Positions 35,800-45,717 of a stretch of 64,000 nt of DNA are shown here, in pieces. Numbering within the stretch: the stretch's first letter is position 1; every line of letters begins with the position of its first letter. The notes below the pieces were generated by a model. It made no database searches. It saw only the letters and a list, made by a program, of their open reading frames with translations, and was not told the DNA's origin. The stretch is from the NCBI GenBank assembly GCA_054600435.1, contig BAAIJX010000002.1:1-64000 (forward strand), given 5' to 3'. The position numbers and the translations under genes are program-made. This stretch comes from Neophaeotheca triangularis (taxonomy: Eukaryota).

Positions 35800-35908
35800 G
35801 CGTGAAGTAGAGCAAAAGTGGAGCGAGCAGACGGTACAATTTTCTATCAAATACGACCTCTTCATGTATATCTAGTCATCGTGATTGATCCTATCTTACC
35901 AATTGCCC

Positions 35909-37560
35909 CTATTCCAAGTACGGTTGATAAACACTTTCCTGCTGCACAGCATCGCGCCACAGCTTCTTGTTCTCACGCTTGAGGAAGAACTTCAAAATCG
36001 CGGCGCATGAAACCGACAACAGCGCAAACACCATCATCAGAATAAATGCCCTCTGGTACCTGGGCTGATCGTCATTGTCGAAGAAGTACGGCGCGATCAC
36101 ATTCCCGATCTGGCCGAGAACGTTGACCATGGCGACGGAAACAGCGCGTTTTTCTGGAGTCTTGCCCATTGTGGATGACACCCACGACATGACGAGCGAG
36201 TTGGAAATGTACATGCCGCCGATGTAAATGAAACTGGCCCCGTAGCGGGCGTCCCCGTTCATCGTCGCCAGGCAGATAATGTACCCAGCGCAGCCGATGA
36301 AGACAGGGATGCTGTAGTGGTAGCCTCGCTCGCCGGCTTTGTCAGAGTGCCAGGCATTGACGAGAGAGGCGATGGCGGCGAATACGTAAGGCGGTGCCGT
36401 GAGCAGGAGGGTGACTACGCGAGTGTAGCCGAAACCTTCCACAATCGATGGGTAGAAGTCTGGTGAGCTGTTGTCAGTTTCGTGGGTTGAAAGATGGTAA
36501 GCCGATCGACGAGTACTTACTAGAGAAACCATACGCCGCAGAGAGGCCGATGTTGACACCGACGAGAAGCCACATCTTGTAGTCTTTGACACTCATCTTC
36601 AAACCCTGCCAAACACCAGCTTCACCCTCTTCAGTGGACACACGGTCCGCCATGATGCGTGCTGCGGCTACTTTACGCATGTCTTCGCTCATGGTCCACA
36701 TTGCACTGCCGGTAGTCGAGAGAGGGTAGTCAGGAAGCACGAAGAGTGCGATCAATGCAACGACAGTGCCGCACAGGGCGAGGATAATGAAGAGCCTGCA
36801 ACGGGCAAACGTAAGCACAATGACGGCGTGGAGTAGACTCGAGGAATATATTTGCTCACCATTGCCATCCGGCCAAACCGGCTGCACCATCAAAGTTCGC
36901 GAATACACCCGCCGCTATTAATCCTGCACAGCAGAAAGCAAGAGTTTGTCCAGTGTAGAGGATGGCGACTCTCAGAGCCACTTCTTTTCTAGTGTGCCAG
37001 CAGCCAAGAAGGTAGATCGCGCCGGGAAACAAAGGAGCTTCCACGAGTCCGAGGAAGAATCGTACAGCCACGAGGCCAGAGTAGTTGGTCGCACCACAAG
37101 TCGCAGCAGAAACACCGGACCAGACTATGGCGGCACAGCACAAGTACACACTCGGCCTTACTTTTCCAATAATCATATTCGACGGAATCTGACCAATCAC
37201 ATAACCAACGCTAAGAATGGTGACAGCGGTACTGTATTGATAGTCCTCGAGACCAAGATCTACGTCGAGGTCGTTGATCCGTGCTTGGGCGATGGAAGCT
37301 CGGTCCAGATAGTTGAACAGGTACAAGAGCCAGAGACAAGGCATGAGAGTCATCTCCAGGCGTCTTACGACTTTCTTTTCCAGCTCCCTCCAATTGGGGA
37401 TCCCCAGTGCTTCCATAGCATCTTCGGGCTTGGGCACGAACTCTGCTTGCTTGATGGCGGCTTCGACTTGGGCGACATCTTTATCGTATGTTGTGGTTGT
37501 GACGTCCTTCATCTCGAGATGGGCGGACGGGTTGTCCTTGGGTGCCTCGTTGAAAGCCAT
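35909..37560 (-). CDS. MFS transporter, anion:cation symporter/Dal5 (allantoate permease) family
   Basis: LMPCLWLLYLFNYLDRASIAQAR, QIPSNMII, VRFFLGLVEAPLFPG, GLAGWQW|LFII (intron 36859..36796), intron 36520..36460, LLTAPPY, PRYQRAF. Confidence 0.93.
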
Positions 37561-38455
37561 GCCGCGTGTGGTATGAGAGGGGTTATAGGTCGAGAGAGGG
37601 ATGGGGATACAGGATAACGACTCGTGAATAAGCTGACACGGCGGTCATTCTTATAGGGCTGGGTTCGCAGTCTCGAGACTCCACCTCCATGTCTGTCCCC
37701 GTGGGTGCTGAACCCACCATACCCACTCTTCCCCCACTGATATCGCCCACCTCCACCACTTACACTCAGCTTCTCGGGATGGTTTGGATATCGGAATACC
37801 ATTTTGGGGGTCGGTCAACCGCCAAGTTCCAGTCTGAAATGCGCCGAGCCTGGGCATGACACCGGAGTAGGGGCCGGAGTAACACTCACCCACTGAAAGT
37901 CAGGGATTCTTGGCGACAAAGGGGCTGGCAGTCTTTATCAAAAGCCTGCATGTCTTAGTATTCTTGCATGTTGAAGCTTGGATAGTATACTTGGCGGGGT
38001 ACGACCTCCGTCTTGTCTGACCAAATGCGGCGGTAAATGTGGACATCGAGTTATAGCAGATTCCACTACCGGGGAGAAGAGGACCTTTTCTAGAATAGGT
38101 AGGAGGTACCAAGCAAAAGACCAAGCCCGAGATGGGGACCGGTCGGTAATTGGCGGCGCGACATCGTTCTATGACTGCCAAAGGTCTGGGGGTTTATGCT
38201 GTTCTTCGAGTACTTCGTTAGTGACAAACCAGGCATCGCTTGGCTTTGGGAATAATGTGAGAGTTGTAAAGGAAACAGCTCGAACAACGTGAAGTCGTCG
38301 ACGGGTAATCCCCACGTGGTGGCTTCTTCCGATATCGGAACTTGGCAGTCCGAGGTGCGGGGCATAAGCAAAAGTATGTTCCAAGCAGTTATCATTCTTT
38401 AATCATTATTCCAAACGCTTCGCTAAATGGCCGCAAACTTACAGTCCTGGGATTC

Positions 38456-40372
38456 CTACAACTTGACCTGCCCACCGGTCATGGCCTGCCAATCTTTCTC
38501 CCCAAGCCTAACATAACGGTCGTTGGCCGGAGGCAACCAAAAGACTTCGTCTTCACCCATCTTCGAGGGCTCAACGCCCCCGTTTCGCAAAGCAACCTTG
38601 GTCTGCTTCATTGTGCCCGTCATCTCAAACGCCTTCGGCATACGAAGAAAGAGCGGGACGGCGTATTTGGGCAGCCTCTGCCTGACGTGCTTCGCCAGCT
38701 CGGCAGCCAAACCCTCGTCCAGCGTTGTGGCTTCCGAGTTGAGCAGCAAGGCCGCGCATCCCGCTCGGCCGTCGTGGCCGGGGAGCTGCACACCGTAGAC
38801 GTTGGCCTCGCGGACGGCGGGATGGGATCCCAGCGCCTCTGAGACTTCGTTCGTGGATACGTTCTCGCCCTTCCAGCGGAAGGTGTCCCCGATGCGGTCG
38901 ACGAACCACCACCTCCCGTCCCCGTCTCTCCGTAGCAAATCGCCAGTGCGGTACCAGGCGTCTCCCTTTTCGAAAACGTTGCTCATGACCTTGCTTGAAG
39001 TCGCTTTCTCGTTGCCAAAGTATCCCTGGAACTTTTCCTCGATCTGCGCAGGGTCGAGCTTGTAGATGGCCTCCCCGGGCTCGTTTGTATCGGCTTTGGT
39101 GCAAAAATTTGTCCTGGCATCCCGTGCTGGCTCATCCGTCTCGGTGTCGTACTTGACCAGCGCACTCTGGTTTCCCATCAAAAGCCTAATGATCGGTCCT
39201 GCTCTGCCTATAGCACCGCGAGAGAAGCTGTTGTTGGAGAGGTTGAAGTGAGCACCCGGGCCCTCGGTTGCTCCATAAAACTCTCCAACAGTGGGCACAC
39301 CAAAGCGATCTTTAAAGCCTTGCCACACGTCCGGTCTCATTCCGTTTCCAAACGCAGCACGTACCTTGTGCTGGCGATCGTACGGGGTGGGCGGCGCAGC
39401 GAGCAGGTACCGGCACATCTCACCCACGTATTGCACAATCGTAGCATCGGTCTGCGAGGCTTGCCGCATGAACTTGCGAGGCGAGAATTTGGCGCCGAGG
39501 ACAAGCGTGCAGCCTGCCGCTACAACGCTGGTAGCTCCAAGTACCGAAGCGGAAGAGTGGTAAAGTGGCATGGCTGTGAAGAAACGGTCTTCTGGCTTCA
39601 AGCTCAGAAATCTTGCCACGTACGCACCGCCGATTAATCCCTTCCCCCAGCTTACGTTCGCTGCCTTTGGCAATCCGGTCGTACCACTTGTGTAGATCAA
39701 TTGAGCAGCACCCGACAATTTGGCCCCACTGCGAACGTCGTCCGGCGCTCTGTAAGGAGATTGCGACCTCACCTCGTCCGCCGCGGTGGAATCCAAAATC
39801 ACAGCATCGACTGCCCTGCCCGTTCCCGTCGGCTCCAACTCCAGCTTTGTCTGCTCATCCATGATCTCGCCAGCAATCTCCTCATCCAGTAGCACAATCC
39901 TCGCAGTCGATATCCTCACACAATGCACAAACCCCTTGCCCCTCAAATTGGTATTGATAAAAGCCGGCATAGCCCCCAAACTCCACAACGCAAACCACAA
40001 CCACAGAAATACGGGCTTGTTGGTGCAATCCAAAGCCACAACCTCGTTCTTCCGCACGCCATGCTTCTCCTTCAACCACGTCGCGTGCTTGAGAATCTGC
40101 TCGTAAGCTTCCGCGTACGTCCATTGCGTCTGCTGTTTCGGTTTGGTCTCGTCCGGGGGCAGGACTAGGAAGAGGTTCTTGGCGGTTTGTGGACTTTGCG
40201 CCAGCTCCTCGATGCGGTAGAAGACATTTACGCGGTCGGCTTTTTCGAGTTTCCCGGCTTTGTAGTTGAGGACGATGGAATTTTTAATTAGCCCGAGGTC
40301 GTGAGTTAGGCCGTAGCGGGCATTTAGATAGGCGAGGGTGGAGGCTGCGGCGGGGATGAGCGGACCTGCCAT
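38456..40372 (-). CDS. FAT1: Fatty acid transport protein / very-long-chain acyl-CoA synthetase (FATP family)
   Basis: AMP-binding IYTSGTTGLPKA, YVGEMCRYL, EFYGATEG, FATP signature DRIGDTFRWKGENVST; PTS1-like C-terminal VKL; single exon. Confidence 0.93.
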   Translation of the reverse strand: MAGPLIPAAASTLAYLNARYGLTHDLGLIKNSIVLNYKAGKLEKADRVNVFYRIEELAQSPQTAKNLFLVLPPDETKPKQQTQWTYAEAYEQILKHATWLKEKHGVRKNEVVALDCTNKPVFLWLWFALWSLGAMPAFINTNLRGKGFVHCVRISTARIVLLDEEIAGEIMDEQTKLELEPTGTGRAVDAVILDSTAADEVRSQSPYRAPDDVRSGAKLSGAAQLIYTSGTTGLPKAANVSWGKGLIGGAYVARFLSLKPEDRFFTAMPLYHSSASVLGATSVVAAGCTLVLGAKFSPRKFMRQASQTDATIVQYVGEMCRYLLAAPPTPYDRQHKVRAAFGNGMRPDVWQGFKDRFGVPTVGEFYGATEGPGAHFNLSNNSFSRGAIGRAGPIIRLLMGNQSALVKYDTETDEPARDARTNFCTKADTNEPGEAIYKLDPAQIEEKFQGYFGNEKATSSKVMSNVFEKGDAWYRTGDLLRRDGDGRWWFVDRIGDTFRWKGENVSTNEVSEALGSHPAVREANVYGVQLPGHDGRAGCAALLLNSEATTLDEGLAAELAKHVRQRLPKYAVPLFLRMPKAFEMTGTMKQTKVALRNGGVEPSKMGEDEVFWLPPANDRYVRLGEKDWQAMTGGQVKL

Positions 40373-40543
40373 GTTGAAGTTGAAGTAAGGATGGTAGGAA
40401 GTTTTGTCGGAAATCTGCCGGCGCAGTAATGTCGAAAAAGGTGGCTATGTAAGGTAAAAGACTACATGAAAAGGTGGAAGTCGTAGCAAGATGATTAAGG
40501 GTGTACTTAGAGAGTCGAGTAGCCGAAGCCAACCTCTACAGAG

Positions 40544-40549
40544 CCGAGG
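40544..40549. promoter_or_regulatory. Putative FarA/FarB (Ctf1) fatty-acid response element CCGAGG/CCTCGG
   Basis: The core motif lies ~170 bp upstream of the FAT1-like ATG and is the known element of Aspergillus fatty-acid utilisation genes. It is only a 6-mer. Confidence 0.35.
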
Positions 40550-41341
40550 TCCCCACTACCTTAGTTGTCACACGTTTCGACTTGGCACATTCGCAGTGAC
40601 GGATACGGTAAGGTAGTAGCCTGATCAAGTGGAATCAGCACGTGAATCAGATATCGAATGAAGCACGCATCCCTCTCCAGCCATCTTCTTATTCGTTCGG
40701 TGAAGCTGCGTCGTCGAATTGTGATGGTTGTGATGGGTACCTATGTACTATGTAGTATTCAGTCACTAGTTACCTAATTCTTCCTAGATCAGATAAGGTA
40801 GCGTCCGAGCGGCAACCGTTGCTAGGTACTAGTATGAGGTAGTTACGGCCTCGTCAACAAAGCAAAGCGGAAAGAGCTTCCCGTCCCCAGTAAGTAATAA
40901 CAACCTTGGAAGTCAGCGGGCGCCACGCATACAGTACATACAGTCAGTACCCTACCTTACCTACCGTTACCTACCTAGCCTGCATTAGCACCACATCCAA
41001 CTTCTTGTGTATACTACCGCTAAGCTCCGCCTGCATCGTCCAGTCCATTGTTGCCACTGTAAACTAATTGATTGACTCTCATTCTTCCGCTATCCCAAGA
41101 CCCGCCCGTCTTCAATCGCTCCGCTCCGCTTGCCGACCCCATTGACGGGATATTGGAACACCATCGCTACAGCACACCCCGAGAGTGCGAGAGCGCGGAA
41201 GAGGTGGTGTACAAACCGTTAACGACCGTCATGACGAACCCGACCACGACCTCATGATACCTACCTGTACCATAGCGATACCCACCAAGCGTCTCATCCC
41301 CCTCCTACCCACCTCCTACACCCGCCCACCACACCACCACC

Positions 41342-44236
41342 ATGTCCGACCCCGATCTCTCGCCGCCAGGCTCCAGTAGCTACGACTCCGACATCCTCAC
41401 CGTCGGCGACGGCACCTGGGACGGCAGCCGCAACACCTTCCTCCTCCCCAACCTACAAGGCACCAACCTCGAAACAACACAATACAATGGCATGGGCAAC
41501 CGCTTCGCAGGGCTGGATCAATACCACAGTCTGATCAAAGGCCACGGCGTAATCGCAGCCATAGTTTTTATACTCATCGTCCCCGCTGCCATATTCTCCG
41601 CGCGGTACTACCACAGCAACCCCCGGCTGGCGCTCAAGTTACACATTTACTTGCAGGTGTTGACCGTGTTGCTGACCACCGTGGTGATAGTGCTTGGCTG
41701 GTTTGCAGTAGGACCCGAGCGTGCGCTGTCCAATCCCCATCACGGCATTGGAATAGCGATATACGTGCTTGTGCTGTTCCAATTCTTGTGGGGAGCGCTG
41801 ATGCATCGGCTCGAAAAGAAGAGAGACGTACCGCCGAGCCACCTGCCTTTCAAAATATACTTGCACAAATGGATGGGAAGGGGAATTGCGATTTTGGGAT
41901 TCGTGCAGATTGCGCTGGGCTTGACGTTGTATGGGAGTCCGCGAGTGTTGTTCATACTGTATGCGGTCGCGGGTGCGTTGCTATTATTCGCGTACTTTGC
42001 GCTGGACTACTATCACATGATCCGACGGCCAACTAGTCAGGCTGACTTTTACTCTGATTATGGGAGTTATTTGTCTGGGAGTCGAGGGACCAGGACGGAG
42101 CTCACGGGGCGGCATGAGGCGAGTGATGAAGAGAAAGGAGGCCATCATTGGCTCAGAAACGCTGCCTTGGGTGCTACGGGTCTTTTTGCTTTTAAGAAGT
42201 GGCGGGACAGGAGGCGAGGCGGTGATGAAGAAAAGGAGGTGATACGGGAGGATTCGAGAAATAGAGTCAGTGGCAGGGAGAGACCACCGGCTGGATATTT
42301 GGAGGAGTCGTACGTCAGCTCAAGGCCGCCTAGCAGGGGGCCACGAAGGAGAGCACATTCTGGGAGCAGGCTTAGTAGTGAGAGTTGGGAGCACGATACA
42401 CCGCAGAAGAACAACAACACTTGGCGAAATAGGATTTTGGGAGCAACTGCTGGCGCGGGCGCTTTTGCAGGTGCGAAGAAGCTGTTTGGCGGTCGCAAAA
42501 ACGAAGACTTGGAGAGTGTGGACTCAAGAAGTTACCGGCCACCGCGAGGTAACCAGAGCATGGTGTCACGGGAGGATGTTTCGAGAGTGGCCTCTGGGCA
42601 GGCACCCATGAGCCCTGAAGATCCGAGGCGGCGAGATTACGCTGCGAATCCGAACATGAACTCAGTTGTATCTGGGCCACCCATGACCCCGACCAGAACC
42701 GGCAGCCGACGAAGGCCAAACCTTGACCGATCGAGCGAAGATTACATGTCCTATGATAGTCGCGAGTACATGACAGATCCCGGTGTGGACGAGGATCGGC
42801 CGCAGCATATGGCTCAGGGTGACGGCCATACCCTACGCGAGAGTATAGCGACTTTCGGCGCGTTGGCTGGTTTCAAGGAGTGGAACAAGCGGCGGAAAGA
42901 GCGAAAGGAGCAACAACGAGTCGATCGTGAGCGTAGACAGGAGATGGAAAATGCTGACCATTTCAACCGACGGCATAGTGGGCGTTATCCCAGACCACAA
43001 GATGCTAGTGGACGCAGAGCAAGCGGCACAGAAACACTGATGACTGGTTTGAGCAACGAGCAAGAGCATGGGTTCAGGGGCAGTAACCCCGAGCTCAGTC
43101 GTCATGGCTTTGCGAGCAGTCAGCAGCTGTCGTCGGCGCCGAACACAAGCATGCCTCCATTACCAGCAAATGCAGGCACACTTCCGCCTTCGACAAGCCG
43201 AGTGAATGTGGCAAACGATGGTTATAATCTCCCTCCGCCCCCTCCCGGGCCGCCACCGGCGCACAACATGGGACAAGCATACCCAGAAACAGGCTCTCTA
43301 GCCATGCCACAAGGTGCTGTCCAGCCAGACCCCAATCGTCTGGTCCAAGACAACACGGTCTATAACTCATCATCGCAATACCCGCCTGTCAACCAATCAA
43401 ACTCCAACATGGCAAATACTCTAGCCGGTGCGGGAGCCGGAGCAGCCCTCGCCTCGCAAATGCAGCGCGATCCACGCAACGACTCACCCTCTCGCTATCG
43501 CAACGGCAGACGCTCACGCTCCAATTCGCGACCGCCCCCACCCCCGGCTCACGGCCGCAACAACTCCTTCTCCTCCCTCTCCCAAGCCCACCCCGGCGCC
43601 CACCAAAACGGTGATAATTCACTGCAAAGCCCTCCCGTCAGCGTAAAAGTAGACATGCACAACGACGGCCAACACGTGACAGTGCGCCGGCTAAGCGAAG
43701 AAGAAGCGGCAAACGAACGCCGCGCCCGCCGCGCCGAACGCCGCAACCGGCGCAACAGCTCCATCTCAAACTCCGACAACCCCGCCTCCCGCCCACCCCT
43801 GAGCTCCGAAAACCGACACCGCCACAAAACCCCCCGGATCCGCCCCGCAGCAAACCAACCCATCGCCCCAGTCCCGGCACCCCCACCCTCAACCTCCACC
43901 CTCAACAACGCCCCTCACAACCGCCCCCCCTCCGAACTCAACCTCCCCCCAACCCCCCAGCACTCCAAACCCCCCGCCACCCTCTCGCAAAACACCCTGT
44001 CCCCGCCTGCGCCGAACCTAAACCCCCAACCCCGGCCGCCGGCCATGGGCAACAGCAACGCTTATGGCCAGCAGCTCAGCGGCATGGGCAGCGTGACTTC
44101 CCCCGGCGACGCGGGGACGGGGACCGACGTCAGTGCTTTTGCGGACAACAGACGGCGCCGGCGGGCGGAGAGGGCGAGGAAGCTGGAAGCGGCTAGGGGC
44201 GCGGGCGGTGGGGGCAGGAGGGTGGAGTTTGAATGA
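41342..44236 (+). CDS. Cytochrome b561/ferric reductase-like transmembrane domain protein with long disordered C-terminus
   Basis: 964-codon ORF. About five TM helices with spaced His (KGHGVIAA, KLHIYLQ, NPHHGIG, YLHKWMGR), then an R/P/S-rich tail. Confidence 0.85.
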   Translation: MSDPDLSPPGSSSYDSDILTVGDGTWDGSRNTFLLPNLQGTNLETTQYNGMGNRFAGLDQYHSLIKGHGVIAAIVFILIVPAAIFSARYYHSNPRLALKLHIYLQVLTVLLTTVVIVLGWFAVGPERALSNPHHGIGIAIYVLVLFQFLWGALMHRLEKKRDVPPSHLPFKIYLHKWMGRGIAILGFVQIALGLTLYGSPRVLFILYAVAGALLLFAYFALDYYHMIRRPTSQADFYSDYGSYLSGSRGTRTELTGRHEASDEEKGGHHWLRNAALGATGLFAFKKWRDRRRGGDEEKEVIREDSRNRVSGRERPPAGYLEESYVSSRPPSRGPRRRAHSGSRLSSESWEHDTPQKNNNTWRNRILGATAGAGAFAGAKKLFGGRKNEDLESVDSRSYRPPRGNQSMVSREDVSRVASGQAPMSPEDPRRRDYAANPNMNSVVSGPPMTPTRTGSRRRPNLDRSSEDYMSYDSREYMTDPGVDEDRPQHMAQGDGHTLRESIATFGALAGFKEWNKRRKERKEQQRVDRERRQEMENADHFNRRHSGRYPRPQDASGRRASGTETLMTGLSNEQEHGFRGSNPELSRHGFASSQQLSSAPNTSMPPLPANAGTLPPSTSRVNVANDGYNLPPPPPGPPPAHNMGQAYPETGSLAMPQGAVQPDPNRLVQDNTVYNSSSQYPPVNQSNSNMANTLAGAGAGAALASQMQRDPRNDSPSRYRNGRRSRSNSRPPPPPAHGRNNSFSSLSQAHPGAHQNGDNSLQSPPVSVKVDMHNDGQHVTVRRLSEEEAANERRARRAERRNRRNSSISNSDNPASRPPLSSENRHRHKTPRIRPAANQPIAPVPAPPPSTSTLNNAPHNRPPSELNLPPTPQHSKPPATLSQNTLSPPAPNLNPQPRPPAMGNSNAYGQQLSGMGSVTSPGDAGTGTDVSAFADNRRRRRAERARKLEAARGAGGGGRRVEFE

Positions 44237-45678
44237 GCAAGAGTTGAAAACAGATGGGATGGTGGTGCGGCGTGGAAAGTAGGGGGTTTTGGCTTTTTAT
44301 CTGGACGTGAGCCGGGATGGACGATGATGGTTGATTGATTGGTGGGAGTTTCCGGGCGTTTTTTTAAGGATTGATGGTGGGTTTTTTGGCTGGTGGGTTT
44401 TCAGGTTGTGTGGGCGTGTGGGCGTGCGTGACAGCTATTTGATTGGGGGGAGATTGGGATGCATCAGCATGAGTTTCTTCACTGCGAGCGCTGAGCGTTT
44501 AGCGCGCACTCTTGCTTGTCTGTCCGCGTCACGGGCGCGTTGGGGGGACCGGCGTACGGGAATGCGGATAGAGACCTCGGAACGTTCGTTGATCGTTGAT
44601 GAGAATTCCGGCGCATGTTACGTCGAGCGCTGGCGATTTCTTCATTTTCAACACAGAAGTGTGGAGTGTTTTTGGAGATGAGTGCTGTGATCGAGAGGGG
44701 GCGAGGGAGGGAGGTTTGGGGGGCTCCGTGTCGGTATCACGCTTGCTTTGAAGACCTTGTCCCCCCTAACTTAAGTGAGACTTCCAATTACTTTAGCACT
44801 GGTATTAGTACTTTTGCACGGCTCGCTTGTCTCGTGCGGCGAGCGAAGGGCGAGATTGTTTGCGTCAAAAGTACATATATCTATATATACACATATGTAT
44901 GTATGTATGTATGTTGCCGAGACAACTTGGTCCACGATAATACGTACGTACAATCTCACCCATCGGATAACGTGTACGTAGGTACAGCACTCAATTTTCT
45001 TGTGGCGCGAGATCTATAATAAAGCACTTTTGGGGCTTTCCACTCTCTTCTAGTAAGCTTTCTCGAGAGCCGCGGCCAAATGCGACTGAGAACCTTGGAA
45101 CTGTCGGCGGGGAGGAGGTGGTGTGGAGAGCTGAGGCCGCGAACTTTGTTCTTGACGAAGAAGGGGAGGGGTCGAGTTTCATGGGACATGGATTGGGGGG
45201 TTTTTTTTTTCAAAGGCGGTTATTTTATTTAGTCGGTTGGTGGGAGTTGACAGCTAGCTTGCTTTTTGCTGGGGGTGGGTTTTGAGTTTGGACGGAGTGC
45301 GGTGCTCGGCTGTCGCGAGTGATTGATGATACATGGTTTTCTGTGGCTTGCGACTGAGTGAGGGGGGTTTGGGTTGGGTTGGACTGGGTTGAGCTACTAC
45401 TGGGAGTTGGTGGAGGTGGGGAAGGTCTTGCCGGGGCGGCAGTTGGGATGGCGCTGTTAGGGGTCTGTTGGGTTGGTTGCCGGCCGGTGTAGCAGGCTGT
45501 TGGTGGTGTAGTAGACGAGAGATTGATATTAAAGAGCGGTTGGAGAGATGTGTCTTGGCCTGGCTATTGGATTATGGTGACTCCTGAGAAGGAGATTTGT
45601 ACTTGAGAGGAGTGCAGGGTGTCGTGCTTCCAACGAAGACGGAGAACTACTTGCCCTTACTGCATTTTCAAGTCTTCG

Positions 45679-45717
45679 GTGTGTGAGTGTGTGAGTGTGT
45701 GAGTGTGTATGTGTGTG
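45679..45717. repeat. (GT)/(GTGA)-type microsatellite
   Basis: gtgtgtgagtgtgtgagtgtgtgagtgtgtatgtgtgtg. Confidence 0.8.
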
